64,000 bases of DNA from an uncultured Gemmatimonadaceae bacterium (GTDB taxonomy: Bacteria; Gemmatimonadota; Gemmatimonadetes; Gemmatimonadales; Gemmatimonadaceae), in contig CAWFQK010000004.1 in the NCBI GenBank assembly GCA_963817955.1, positions 640,001-704,000 of the forward strand, written 5' to 3'. Both the position numbers and the translations under genes were made by a program. The notes under the pieces were generated by a model. That model was not told the origin of the DNA, did not search any database, and was given only the letters and a program-made list of their open reading frames with translations. Below, in pieces: positions 22,839 through 32,930 of the stretch. How positions within the stretch are numbered: the first letter of the stretch is position 1; each line of letters opens with the position of its first letter.

Positions 22839-24182
22839 TCAGTTCTCGGCGTGTATCTTCGCCGCCCCGTCAAAGACCACGCGCCCGCGACACTCGCCGA
22901 AACCGATGCGCACCCGTCCGTCACCTTCACAGTGGCCGCGCATGATCACCTCGTCGCCGTCCTGAAGGAACGCACGCGTTTCGCCCGTTGGCAGTTGGAG
23001 CGGCTCAGTGCCGCGCCATGTCCGCTCCAGCAGGCAACCGCGCGACTCCGGCGCGACCCCGGACACTGTACCGCTCGCGAGCAGATCTCCCGGACACAGG
23101 TTGCATCCGTTGCTTGCATGATGCGTGACGAGTTGCGCGGCAGTCCAGTACATGTCGGTGAGGCTGCCACGGCTGACGGTAAACGGTGACATGTGTTCGT
23201 CGCGCATGCGCTGGGAGCTGATGGAGACCTCGAGCGTGACCGCAAAGCCTCCCTCGCGCGCATCACGCGCTGATGCAAGATACGGCAGCGGCGCCGGATC
23301 ACCGGCGGCACGCTCGAACGCGGCAGTGCGAAATGGCGCCAGCGCATCGAGCGTCACGACCCACGGCGATATGGTCGTTGCGAAGTTCTTGGCCAGGAAC
23401 GGGCCGAGGGGCTGGTACTCCCACGTCTGTATATCGCGCGCCGACCAGTCGTTCACGAGACACAATCCAAAGATGTGCTGCTCGGCCTCGTCGATCGGTA
23501 TCGGTGTTCCGAGAGCGTTGCCAGTCCCTACGAACACCCCAACTTCCATTTCGTAATCGAGCCGATTACTTGGACCGAACGTCGGAGATTCCTCAGTGGC
23601 TTCCCGGGTCTGTCCGCAGGGACGGCGGATGTGTGCGCCGCTCACGACAATGGATGACGCGCGTCCATGATAGCCGATCGGGACCCACTTGTAGTTCGGC
23701 AGCAGCGGATTGTCTGGACGAAACATGCGGCCGACGTTCGTGGCGTGATGGATCGACGCGTAGAAATCGGTATAGTCGCCGATGTGTGCCGGCCGTAACA
23801 GCTCCGAGTCTCGCATTGGTACGAGCACGCGTCGAGCAATCGACGCATCGCTGGCCAGCGGAGAGGCAACGCTCAGCAGAGCGCTGAGCTCGCGGCGCAG
23901 CGCACGCACGCTCGCCTCGCCCAATGCCATGAGGCTGTTGAGGCTCGACTCGCGACATCGGTCGGCAGCGAGCGCTGCTTCCCCTGCGAGCAGTCCCTCC
24001 TTGCGGCACGCGACCACATCCATGATCTGGTCGCCGATCGCGACCCCGACGCTCGCGGATTCACCGGCGCCAGCGCGCTTGAAAACGCCGAACGGCAGAT
24101 TCTGAATGGGAAAATCCGTCGCGCCATCATTGGCCGACTCCACCCACGAGCGCAGATCAGGTGCGTGCGTTGCGTCGAGCAT
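22839..24182 (-). CDS. fahA: fumarylacetoacetase
   Basis: DFPIQNLPFG, GDYTDFYASIHHA, PIGYHGRASS, NDWSARDIQTWEYQPLGPF, GDLLASGT. Confidence 0.96.
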   Translation of the reverse strand: MLDATHAPDLRSWVESANDGATDFPIQNLPFGVFKRAGAGESASVGVAIGDQIMDVVACRKEGLLAGEAALAADRCRESSLNSLMALGEASVRALRRELSALLSVASPLASDASIARRVLVPMRDSELLRPAHIGDYTDFYASIHHATNVGRMFRPDNPLLPNYKWVPIGYHGRASSIVVSGAHIRRPCGQTREATEESPTFGPSNRLDYEMEVGVFVGTGNALGTPIPIDEAEQHIFGLCLVNDWSARDIQTWEYQPLGPFLAKNFATTISPWVVTLDALAPFRTAAFERAAGDPAPLPYLASARDAREGGFAVTLEVSISSQRMRDEHMSPFTVSRGSLTDMYWTAAQLVTHHASNGCNLCPGDLLASGTVSGVAPESRGCLLERTWRGTEPLQLPTGETRAFLQDGDEVIMRGHCEGDGRVRIGFGECRGRVVFDGAAKIHAEN

Positions 24183-24184
24183 GA

Positions 24185-25063
24185 TTACGAGAGAAGCAAC
24201 AACCGGCGCAGGTCGTTCACCGGATCGCGGAACGAACACGAACCAAACGACGTCGCAAGGTGCTGGCGCATCCGTCGCAGGTGCGGCGCGGTGAGCACGT
24301 GTGTGCCCCAGCAGATCGACGTCGATGTGAAGTGCAGATCGTCATCATTCTGGAGATCGAGTAACTGCAGCGCGTCGTCGTTGCTCATGCCGTGCGCCAT
24401 GAACCCCGCAGCGAGGAAGAGTGTGATAAAACCAAACATCACGCCGCGCGGTGCGGTCTCCTCGTACGTCAGCGGATACTCGCCCCGTAGCGGATGATGG
24501 AGCCCGGCGGTGGCTTTGAACGCAACGTTCGCCGTGGTACACGCGCGAATGAATTGGACAACCTCGCCGGGCGACGGGAACGCCTCCGCGGTGACCCCAC
24601 CGGTGCGAATCTTCGCGCGCATTCCCGCGCGCGCAATGGCCGGGACGAGCGCCGGCGCCTGGCACGGTGCGATTTCGACATACATTGCCAAATCGCCCGA
24701 CATGCCGGTCGCGGCGGCAATGGCATGCTCGGTTTCGAGCTTGGCCTCGAGCGAGCCGATCCGCGCGCGATCGCGCTGCATTTCGTTGAAGGCGCGCGCC
24801 GCCGCGATGTCGCCCTGCACATCTTGGCCGACGAGCGCCGTCAACGGCCACACCACATCCGACGCTGTGCGCGACGCATCAAGCGCCTCCGTGAACTCTT
24901 CGAGCCGTGCGACTGGCACGACGAATCGGCCAAGCATCCAACTCGCGTCGTCGGCGCGGCAGAGGGAGTACTGGCGAACGGCAGCCGGCATGTCGAGACC
25001 CGCTGGAGGAAACAGACCCGCGTAGTCGACGATGCCGGCCAGCAACGCCCGCAGCGCACTCAC
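24185..25063 (-). CDS. conserved hypothetical protein (DYAGLFPP / KIRTGG / FKATAGLHHP family)
   Basis: Recognisable conserved motifs ending SFGSCSFRDP. The GTG start overlaps the SET gene stop; the stop lies 2 nt before fahA. Confidence 0.8.
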   Translation of the reverse strand: MSALRALLAGIVDYAGLFPPAGLDMPAAVRQYSLCRADDASWMLGRFVVPVARLEEFTEALDASRTASDVVWPLTALVGQDVQGDIAAARAFNEMQRDRARIGSLEAKLETEHAIAAATGMSGDLAMYVEIAPCQAPALVPAIARAGMRAKIRTGGVTAEAFPSPGEVVQFIRACTTANVAFKATAGLHHPLRGEYPLTYEETAPRGVMFGFITLFLAAGFMAHGMSNDDALQLLDLQNDDDLHFTSTSICWGTHVLTAPHLRRMRQHLATSFGSCSFRDPVNDLRRLLLLS

Positions 25064-25638
25064 CGCGTGAGCTTCCTCTTCGTCTTCACGATGGTCCCGC
25101 GGCATTTCGCCGCGCCGCACCGGCAGGCGTAGAAACGAAGATCCTCTTCGGTATACTTGGGGTCGTCTTCGAACTGGTAGTCGTAGACGAGCTCCGTGCC
25201 TTGTGGAATGCGTTTGATGGTTTCGATCCAGATGCGGCCGCGATCGATCACCGCTTCGCAATTCGGGTCACATGAGTGATTGATGAATCGCGTCTCGTTG
25301 CCGTCGAACGCCGCGTCCAGGCACGTCCGGCTGTTCAGAATGAACAGGAACGTGTGATGCCGCGTCATGGACTTGTCGTCGTAGCGACGATCCGATTCGG
25401 CGTTGGTGATCTTCTCACCTTTGTACTCGAGCACACGCGTGCCCTTGGGAATGTCCGCACTCGCGAAGGCGCCCAGGCCGTGGATCGGAGATCGGCGCAA
25501 CTGCACCCACTCGTTCACCGGTCCAACGCGGCCCGGCGGTGAGGGACGTGCGCGTTTGCGCGCCGTGACGCGCTTTGTGGCGGTGCGTCGCGTAGCGGAC
25601 GGCCGCTTCTTGGTCAATTTGGATTTCTTGGTCGCCAT
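25060..25638 (-). CDS. SET-domain protein-lysine methyltransferase with post-SET cysteines
   Basis: SPIHGLGAFA, RFINHSCDPN, ELVYDY, CRCGAAKCRG; basic N-terminal tail. Confidence 0.92.
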   Translation of the reverse strand: MATKKSKLTKKRPSATRRTATKRVTARKRARPSPPGRVGPVNEWVQLRRSPIHGLGAFASADIPKGTRVLEYKGEKITNAESDRRYDDKSMTRHHTFLFILNSRTCLDAAFDGNETRFINHSCDPNCEAVIDRGRIWIETIKRIPQGTELVYDYQFEDDPKYTEEDLRFYACRCGAAKCRGTIVKTKRKLTR

Positions 25639-25746
25639 CGGGGTCGGATGAAACGTGACGCGAAAAGTACACACGCCGAGCCCCGAAATGCGACACGAGG
25701 ACGCCATGAGTCGGCGTCCTCGTGTGCTGGGATTCGGTTCGATCGA

Positions 25747-26385
25747 TCAGAAGTCCAGGCGAAGTCCGGCGCTGAAGGCGATGTTATGCGCCGTTTGTCC
25801 GGAAATGCCGAGCCCGGTCGCGTCCTGAAAATTGAACTTGCCAATGTAGTCCTTGGCCAGAACGCGCAGCGCCATGCCCTTACTGAGCGAGAAGTCCGCG
25901 CCAAGACCGAGATTGCCGGCCAGATTGGTTGCCTGCGTTTGCAGGACCGACTCGGTGATGGTGTAGCGAATTGCGCCGACGCCCGCTTGCACAAAGGGTG
26001 AGAACGCCGTGGTGCCCGCCTTGGACGCTCCGAGATTGTACTCGAGCCCCGCGTCGTAGATGAGCATGTCGCTATGTCCCACGGAAACACCGCCAAGGAA
26101 CGGAATGCCCACGGTCAGGTCGGACGATGTATAGCCGACATTTCCGATGAGCGAGACGTTCGGCGCGAGCGACAATCCGACTTGCGTTCCATATATCGGC
26201 GCGGACGCATTGCTGATCGTGGTGCCAACAGGGCCCGTGAGATAATTGCCGAACACCATGTAGCCGACATACGGCGTCACGTGCAGCACGGTGCCGGAAT
26301 TTGGCGCCTGAGCAAGGGCGGCGGCGGCGGTGAAGGACATCGCGAGAGTAGCGATGCCGACGAGACGTTGATTGAGCCTGCGCAT
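25747..26385 (-). CDS. small outer-membrane beta-barrel protein
   Basis: Signal peptide, alternating amphipathic strands, PFVQAGVG, terminal ..GLRLDF. Confidence 0.82.
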   Translation of the reverse strand: MRRLNQRLVGIATLAMSFTAAAALAQAPNSGTVLHVTPYVGYMVFGNYLTGPVGTTISNASAPIYGTQVGLSLAPNVSLIGNVGYTSSDLTVGIPFLGGVSVGHSDMLIYDAGLEYNLGASKAGTTAFSPFVQAGVGAIRYTITESVLQTQATNLAGNLGLGADFSLSKGMALRVLAKDYIGKFNFQDATGLGISGQTAHNIAFSAGLRLDF

Positions 26386-26487
26386 GATCTGAGGAGCTGA
26401 AGGTGAACGACGGTGCGTCACATACCAGATGAAGGCATGGACGGGACCAGCGCACCCTTCAGGATCAACACGTTGCCGGCATTGCGT

Positions 26488-26901
26488 TTACGGGTCTCTG
26501 CTCCGCGTTCTCCCAGTATGCGTCGTCCGCATTTGCGGACGCGAAGGTGTCCTGGCGGGAAGGCAGAGCGGCAACGTTTCGCCAACGCGCCAGCCGTAGC
26601 ATGCCAGAGAAACGCGGCCCGCCGCATCCACGATCACACCCTCGCTTTGCAGGCGCATGCGCTGGGTAATGCCTGTAGCCGGCGCAGCGTGCTCAAGACT
26701 CAGCTTGCCTCGAGCATTGACGACACGATGCCACGGCACCGCCGATCCGTCGCGTAAGGCGTTCAGCGCGTAGCCGACGAGTCGTGCCTGTCCAGCGAGA
26801 TCAGCCAATCGCGCCACCGTTCCGTACGTGGTGACGCGACCTCGCGGAATCTGTCGAACGACAGCATAGATGTGGTCATATGCCGTCGCCGCGCGCGTCA
26901 C
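26488..26901 (-). CDS. alkyltransferase-like (Atl/YbaZ, MGMT-family) protein
   Basis: VRQIPRGRVTTYG, ARLVGYAL, VPWHRVVN (Trp replaces the active Cys). The GTG overlaps the upstream stop. Confidence 0.9.
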   Translation of the reverse strand: MTRAATAYDHIYAVVRQIPRGRVTTYGTVARLADLAGQARLVGYALNALRDGSAVPWHRVVNARGKLSLEHAAPATGITQRMRLQSEGVIVDAAGRVSLACYGWRVGETLPLCLPARTPSRPQMRTTHTGRTRSRDP

Positions 26902-27845
26902 GCCTGCGCGACCACGGCCTGCCCCGGCCACTGAACCGATCCGGCGACTGACGGTCGGCAGGACAGCCGCTCGCGAATCAATGCGCGCACAGTTTCCAGC
27001 TCCTCGCCCACCAATTCGAGTCGCGGCGGCCGCACCACAGCGTTCCCCTGTCCCAGCTCTGCCTGCACGAGCTTGATGAGCTGTACGAACTTTGGCACGG
27101 TGTCCAGCCGGAGCAGTGGCAGAAACCACTCGTACAGAGCACGTGCTTCGTCCGAACGCCCGGCGCGTGCCGCCTCGAACACGCGCACCGATTCAGCCGG
27201 CAGCGCGTTGACCAAGCCGGCCACCCACCCACTCGCGCCCATTGGGATGGACTCGAGAATCGCGTCGTCCATACCTGCAAAGATGACGAGGCGGTCCCCG
27301 TTCTGCTCGCGAATGGCAGTCACACGCCGGACGTCGCCGCTCGATTCTTTCACCGCATGCAAGTTCTCATGCCGCGCCAGCTCGCCCATCTGCGCCGCTG
27401 ACACATCCGTGCCGTACGCAATGGGATTGTTGTACAGCATGCACGACAGACGGGTGGCGCCAATCACGGCATCGAAGTGCGCCTTGCTCTCGCGCCAATC
27501 GCCGCGATACACATAGGGCGGCAACACCATCAGTGCGTCACACCCCACCGCTTCCGCGCGCTTCGCCAGTGCCACGCACTCCACCGTGCTCAGGCCGGCG
27601 ATACCGGCAATGAGTGGGACGCGTGCGCCGAGCGCCTTCCGGCAGCTCTGGAGAATGCTGATCTTGTCGTCGAAAGAGAGCGTCGCCGCTTCACCAAGTG
27701 AGCCGAGAGCCACGATGCCGCGGCATTCATGTTCGATCAACCAGCGAACGTGCGTCGACAGGCGGGCGTGATCGATGGAAAGATCATCGAGAAAGGGCGT
27801 GGTGATGGCCGGAAAGACGCCGTGCCAGTCAGTCTGCTGCATCAT
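26898..27845 (-). CDS. DapA-family protein, probable 1-pyrroline-4-hydroxy-2-carboxylate deaminase
   Basis: GVFPAITTPF, GSLGE, MLYNNP, AVKESSGD; hydroxyproline operon context. Confidence 0.85.
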   Translation of the reverse strand: MMQQTDWHGVFPAITTPFLDDLSIDHARLSTHVRWLIEHECRGIVALGSLGEAATLSFDDKISILQSCRKALGARVPLIAGIAGLSTVECVALAKRAEAVGCDALMVLPPYVYRGDWRESKAHFDAVIGATRLSCMLYNNPIAYGTDVSAAQMGELARHENLHAVKESSGDVRRVTAIREQNGDRLVIFAGMDDAILESIPMGASGWVAGLVNALPAESVRVFEAARAGRSDEARALYEWFLPLLRLDTVPKFVQLIKLVQAELGQGNAVVRPPRLELVGEELETVRALIRERLSCRPSVAGSVQWPGQAVVAQA

Positions 27846-29145
27846 CGCGTGCTCCATGGTGCGCGGCAGGTGCCGCCGTTTGAACGAGAAAGGTGGCGAG
27901 ACGCGCCGGCTGAATGGGCGGACGTACCGTATCTGCCCGGCGCCCCATGATGGATTCTAATGCGCCGCCGCAGATGCGGCCCTGACACGCGCCCATTCCG
28001 GCGCGCGTATACAACTTCGTTTGGCGGGCGCTCCAGCCGGGCTCGAGATCGCGTAGCCGCACGTCTTCGCAGCGACAGACGATCGTATCGGGACGCGCCA
28101 GAGAGAACAGCTCGGGTCGAAGCGCGAACGTGTCACGCAGTCGCGCGGCATAGCGCTGCAGCGCGGTGCGGCGCGACACGAGCGCCTCGGTTGGCGGACG
28201 GCCGGCCGCCGCGAGTCCGGCGATCTCACCTTCGACAATCGACAGATCGACACCGCCAATGCCCGTCGGCTCACCGGCGCAGTACACGTGCCGCACGCTC
28301 GTCTCCTGTCGGGCATCGACCTGAACGGCGCCCTGTTCGCACGCGCACCCGAGGAGGCGCGCGAGCTCGGAGGTGGGCACCAGCCCGAAGGCGGCGCACA
28401 ACACGTCGCACTCGAGGGTGCGCGTCGACGAGCCATCCGTTACCGTGACGCTCCGTACGCAGTCGTCGCCCTCGGCGGACGTCACCCACGTTCCCGCACG
28501 ATAGGGCGTTCCGATGAAGGCGGAGCGCAGTCCAACCGCCTGGGCGATGAGCCCTGGCTTCCGCCAGAGCGACGCAGCGAACCGGCGAACGGATTGTGCC
28601 CCTGCCTGTTCGGCGACGAGCGCCAAACGTGCGCCAGACCGAGCGAGCGACGCGGCGACGGGAAGCAGCAACGGTCCGGAACCGGCGATCACCACGCGTT
28701 TGCCGCGGAAGGTGGTGCCGTTCTTCAGCAACGCTTGCGCACCGCCGATGCCAAATACGTTCGGCAGCGTCCATCCCGGAAAGGGCAGAAACCGCTCGCG
28801 CGCTCCGGTCGCGATGATGAGCGATGTCGCCTGGATCTCCACTCCCGCTCCCTCATGCTCGGCAAGGACGCACCATCCGGCGCTGCCTTGCCACGCGTCG
28901 ACGACCGCCGTGGAACCAAGCATCACCGCGCCGCTCCGGTCGAGACGTCGCGCCCAGTCGCGCGCACGCCGCGGAACCGATGCATGCGGGCCAGACCGCC
29001 AGACTTGGCCGCCCCCCCCCGGTCTCAATCCTTCATCGACCATCACGACACGTGCGCCACTCTCTGCGGCGCACGCCGACGCGGCCATTCCCGCCGGCCC
29101 GCCTCCTACCACGAGCACGTCGCACGATCGTGGCGCGTCTGTCAT
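27829..29145 (-). CDS. FAD/NAD(P) oxidoreductase with BFD-like C-terminus (D-hydroxyproline dehydrogenase large subunit-like)
   Basis: VVGGGPAG, ATGARERFLPFPGWTLP, VCRCEDV, RAGMGACQGRICG. Confidence 0.87.
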   Translation of the reverse strand: MTDAPRSCDVLVVGGGPAGMAASACAAESGARVVMVDEGLRPGGGGQVWRSGPHASVPRRARDWARRLDRSGAVMLGSTAVVDAWQGSAGWCVLAEHEGAGVEIQATSLIIATGARERFLPFPGWTLPNVFGIGGAQALLKNGTTFRGKRVVIAGSGPLLLPVAASLARSGARLALVAEQAGAQSVRRFAASLWRKPGLIAQAVGLRSAFIGTPYRAGTWVTSAEGDDCVRSVTVTDGSSTRTLECDVLCAAFGLVPTSELARLLGCACEQGAVQVDARQETSVRHVYCAGEPTGIGGVDLSIVEGEIAGLAAAGRPPTEALVSRRTALQRYAARLRDTFALRPELFSLARPDTIVCRCEDVRLRDLEPGWSARQTKLYTRAGMGACQGRICGGALESIMGRRADTVRPPIQPARLATFLVQTAAPAAHHGARDDAAD

Positions 29146-29399
29146 AACGTGCCGCCCCCCCCACCGGTCACGATCTCCATGCCGTCGCGCACCTGGGTCA
29201 TGCACGCACGCTGATGCGGATGACCGTCAACGGAAACGCGGCATTCGTGGCACACGCCCATTCCGCACAGGGGGGATCGCGGCTCGCCCGATGGCGATTG
29301 ACGGAATGTGGTGATGCCGTGGTCGAGCAACGCCGCGGCAACCGTCACGCCGGCCTCGCTGGACAGCGTCGTGCCGTTGACACACAACGTAATCGTCAT
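29142..29399 (-). CDS. 2Fe-2S subunit of the D-hydroxyproline dehydrogenase-like complex
   Basis: TVAAALL, PLCGMGVCHEC, RAC; overlaps both neighbours. Confidence 0.87.
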   Translation of the reverse strand: MTITLCVNGTTLSSEAGVTVAAALLDHGITTFRQSPSGEPRSPLCGMGVCHECRVSVDGHPHQRACMTQVRDGMEIVTGGGGGTL

Positions 29400-30535
29400 C
29401 GGTGGGCTTCCGCGGGGGCCGATGCGAGTACCCTCATCGGCGCGTACGGTGCCGCGTCGATCGCCGTCGGTCGGCCGATCGCCTGGTCCACCACCAGGCG
29501 TGCGGTGGCCAGCGACGTCGTGATTCCCAGTCCCTCGTGTCCCGCCGCAACCCACCACCCTGGAACCGGTTCCCATCGGCCGATCAACGGCAGCTTGTCC
29601 GGCGCCGCCGGGCGAAATCCCGTCCAGCATCGGATGATCGAGAGATCACTAATGCGAGGCATGAACGCGGAAGCGCGCGCCAGCATACGGCGCAAGATGT
29701 CGTGATTGAAGGAACTGTCCCAGCCAACGAGCTCGCGCGACGAGCCGATCAGCACCTGCCCAGTGGAGCGCGGCTGCACGTTGAACGCCACGGATTCGGT
29801 GGTCATCACGTGTGCACTTGCGAGGTACCCGAGCTCTACGATCTGGTGGCGGCAGAACGCCGGGTAGCGGTCGGTGATCGCCAGGTGGCCCTTGCGCGGG
29901 ACGATCGGCAGGGCCGACAACAGTCGCGGCGCGGACGCGCCGGCAGCATTCACGATGACATCGGCATGGAACGTTTCTCCGCCGCACCGCACGGCGTGCG
30001 GGAGCGCTTCAAGCGCCTCGATGTCGTGTCGCACCACAGCCCCGCAGGTTGCCGCGAGGTGGAGCAACCGCAGCGTCACCCCGGGCGGATAGACTACGGC
30101 GTCCCCGGGCACGAGCAGCGCCCCGGCGAGATCGTTGCGCAGCTCGGGCTCTGCTTCCCGGAGCTGCCGGGCGTCGAGCAACTCCGTGGTTACTTGGGCG
30201 GCGGCGTAGACGATGCGCTTTGTACGGAGGGCCTCGACCTGTGCGTCGTCCTCAGCCACCCACAGCGTGCCGCACCGGTCCATCTCCGAGCGCACGTCGA
30301 GCTCAGGACCAAGAGTTTTCCAGAGGCGAGCGGCATACGCGGTGAGCGCGAGCTGCGGGGGCGAATCGTCCATGACAACGACGTGCCCCATGCCCACGGA
30401 GGTGGTGCCGGCCGACGGAAATGCTTGTTCGATAACCGTGACGCGCCACTCCTCGCGCGCGAACGCCGCGGCGCACGCCGCACCAACGATCCCCGCGCCG
30501 ACGATGATCGCCGAGGGGCGGTCGCCGCTGCTCAC
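29396..30535 (-). CDS. FAD-dependent D-amino-acid dehydrogenase (DAO family), catalytic subunit
   Basis: IVGAGIVGA, PRKGHL, WTGFRP, GHEGLGITTS. Confidence 0.88.
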   Translation of the reverse strand: MSSGDRPSAIIVGAGIVGAACAAAFAREEWRVTVIEQAFPSAGTTSVGMGHVVVMDDSPPQLALTAYAARLWKTLGPELDVRSEMDRCGTLWVAEDDAQVEALRTKRIVYAAAQVTTELLDARQLREAEPELRNDLAGALLVPGDAVVYPPGVTLRLLHLAATCGAVVRHDIEALEALPHAVRCGGETFHADVIVNAAGASAPRLLSALPIVPRKGHLAITDRYPAFCRHQIVELGYLASAHVMTTESVAFNVQPRSTGQVLIGSSRELVGWDSSFNHDILRRMLARASAFMPRISDLSIIRCWTGFRPAAPDKLPLIGRWEPVPGWWVAAGHEGLGITTSLATARLVVDQAIGRPTAIDAAPYAPMRVLASAPAEAHR

Positions 30536-31485
30536 GCGTCTCCGATACCCAACCGGAATGGATCGGCGGCATCGAAACGCAGCGTCGCCTCACCGGTCAC
30601 GAACGCCATGCCGCGAATGTGCGGAATGAGCTCGCCGGCGGGTCCGCTGGCGAGCCATCCGGTGAACATGCTTCCCGTGATGCTCTCCTGCCGCCACTCC
30701 TGGCCCAGCGGCAGCCGTCCACGCGCGTGCAGTGCCGCCATCACCGCCGACGTGCCGGTGCCGCACGGCGAGCGATCATACTCGCCGCCGGAACAGAGCA
30801 CGAAGTTGCGCGCATCGGCATCGTGACGCGTGGGCGGTCCGGAGATCTCGATGTGATCGACGGGTGCGGTCCCGGCGACGCCCTGCTCGTTGAGTTCGTC
30901 CTGAATGGCTTGAGTGACGCGCGTCAGCTCATCGACGTTCGATAGGTCGAGCGGCAGATCGAGGTGCGTGATGAAGAACCAGTTGCCGCCGTACGCAATG
31001 TCCCCCGTGACGCGGCCGACGCCTGGGACGTCGACGCTCACGTCCAGCGCGTGGGCTCTCGCCGCGACGTTCACGATCGTCACCGCGCCGTCAGCGTGGA
31101 GCTCCGCCGATACCGTCCCCACCGGTGTGTCGAAGCGTGCAATGCCCGGCGAGAGCTGCCCAAGGTACTCCAGGGTGCGCACCACGCCGATCAGTCCGTG
31201 GCCGCACATGCCAAGGTAGGTCTCGTTATTGAAGAACACGATGCCGCAATGCGATCCGTCGGACACCGGCGGCGTGAGCAACGCCCCGACGATGGCCGCG
31301 TGACCGCGCGGCTCGCAGACGACGGCCCGGCGAAGATGATCGTGCGACTGTCGCAACTCCTCGCGCCGTTCCTCCATGGTCGCGGCGTGCACAGCTGGCC
31401 ACCCGGCGATGATCACGCGCGTCGGTTCGCCTGCCGTATGGGAATCGATGACTCGAATGGAATCCGGAAGCACGGCGCTCGTCAT
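30532..31485 (-). CDS. proline racemase family, probable 4-hydroxyproline 2-epimerase
   Basis: IDSHTAGEPTR, EPRGH, both catalytic cysteines (MCGH and DRSPCGTGT). Confidence 0.9.
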   Translation of the reverse strand: MTSAVLPDSIRVIDSHTAGEPTRVIIAGWPAVHAATMEERREELRQSHDHLRRAVVCEPRGHAAIVGALLTPPVSDGSHCGIVFFNNETYLGMCGHGLIGVVRTLEYLGQLSPGIARFDTPVGTVSAELHADGAVTIVNVAARAHALDVSVDVPGVGRVTGDIAYGGNWFFITHLDLPLDLSNVDELTRVTQAIQDELNEQGVAGTAPVDHIEISGPPTRHDADARNFVLCSGGEYDRSPCGTGTSAVMAALHARGRLPLGQEWRQESITGSMFTGWLASGPAGELIPHIRGMAFVTGEATLRFDAADPFRLGIGDA

Positions 31486-32930
31486 GGGTTGATCTGCACG
31501 GTCTTGATCTCGGTGTAGAACTCGCGCGCCGCCGGCCCCTGCTCGCGCGTGCCGGAGCTCGAGCGTTTCATGCCGCCGAACGGCGCATGCGGATCCACAC
31601 CCGTGGTGTCGCCGTTCACGCGAACCATGCCGGCTTCGATGCGATCGATGTAGCTCAGGGCGCTGCGCAGATCACGCGTGAACAGCGACGCGCTCAACCC
31701 GTACGGGGTGTCGTTCGCCAATGCGATGGCATGATCGAGATCATCGGCGGTGAAAGAGACGAGTACAGGACCGAACAGCTCGCGCTGCGCCAGTGCGGAA
31801 TCGGCTGCCGCTCCGCGAACGATCGTCGGGGGCAGAAAGTAGCCGCGCGCGAATGCGTCGGTCGACGGGACGTCGCCGGTGTAGATGCATTCCGCATCCA
31901 TCGCGCCGAGCACGTCGCGAATGGATTGACGTGATTCGGCGCTGATCACCGGCCCAACCGCCGCCGCAGGGTCGGTGACCGGCCCGATCGGCAGTGCCGC
32001 CACCTGCGCGCGCAACTCGGCGAGGAACGCGTCTTCCACTTCGCGCGCCACGACCACGCGGCTCGTCGCGGTGCATTTCTGTCCCGCGTAGCGCATCGCG
32101 CCGCCCGCCGTGAGGATCGCCGCCTGACGCAGATCGGCGTCGGCCAGGACGATGGCGACGTTCTTTCCGCCCATCTCGGTCTGATAGCGAATGTTCCGAG
32201 TGGCCGCGGTCGCCGCCACGGTCGCACCGACACGGCCAGAGCCGGTAAAGCTCACGGCACGCACCTCGTCGGCCGACAGCAGCGTCGGCCCGATCACCGC
32301 CCCCGAGCCGAGCAGCACGTTGAACACGCCGCTCGGCAATCCCGCGGCCGCGGCACATTCGGCCAGCAGCACGGCACAGTGCGACGCCGATTCGGCGGGT
32401 TTCAAAATGACAGTATTACCAAACGCTAACGCCGGCGCTGCTTTCCACAAGGGAATGGCGAGCGGAAAATTCCAGGGCGTGATCAGCGCGACTGGTCCGA
32501 GCGGTTGGTGTACGCTGAATTGCAGCGCACCCGCCGTCTGCGCGGGAATGACCTCGCCCGACGCACGCACCGCTTCGCCGGCATAATACCGGAGAATGGT
32601 CACGCAGCGGCCGACCTCGCCGCGCGCTTCGCCGATTGGCTTTCCCACTTCGCGCGTCACCATCTGCGCAAGCGTGTCGTGCCGCTCGCCGATCACCGCC
32701 GCCCACTTGTACAGAAACTCGGCACGCGCGGGACCGGTCATCGTGCGCCACGCGTGGAACGCCGCCGCCGAGGACTGGGCGGCGGCCCGGACGTCGTCCG
32801 TCGTGCCGACGGGCACGTGCCCCACGACGTCGGCGGCGTCCGACGGATTGACGTCGGAGATCCAGTCGTCCGACGCACTCATCCGCTGCTCGCCGCCAAT
32901 GAAATGGCGCAGCTTCGCGGGCGCGGTCAC
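31482..32930 (-). CDS. aldehyde dehydrogenase, probable 2-ketoglutarate semialdehyde dehydrogenase
   Basis: ITPWNFP, FTGS, EMGGKN, GQKCTA, ELFGP, PFGG; GTG start at 32930. Confidence 0.88.
   Translation of the reverse strand: MTAPAKLRHFIGGEQRMSASDDWISDVNPSDAADVVGHVPVGTTDDVRAAAQSSAAAFHAWRTMTGPARAEFLYKWAAVIGERHDTLAQMVTREVGKPIGEARGEVGRCVTILRYYAGEAVRASGEVIPAQTAGALQFSVHQPLGPVALITPWNFPLAIPLWKAAPALAFGNTVILKPAESASHCAVLLAECAAAAGLPSGVFNVLLGSGAVIGPTLLSADEVRAVSFTGSGRVGATVAATAATRNIRYQTEMGGKNVAIVLADADLRQAAILTAGGAMRYAGQKCTATSRVVVAREVEDAFLAELRAQVAALPIGPVTDPAAAVGPVISAESRQSIRDVLGAMDAECIYTGDVPSTDAFARGYFLPPTIVRGAAADSALAQRELFGPVLVSFTADDLDHAIALANDTPYGLSASLFTRDLRSALSYIDRIEAGMVRVNGDTTGVDPHAPFGGMKRSSSGTREQGPAAREFYTEIKTVQINP

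Noticed and set aside
27829..30535. Hydrogen cyanide synthase hcnABC or opine oxidase
   Set aside because: Same protein families, but the flanking epimerase, DapA-like and ALDH genes point to hydroxyproline catabolism.
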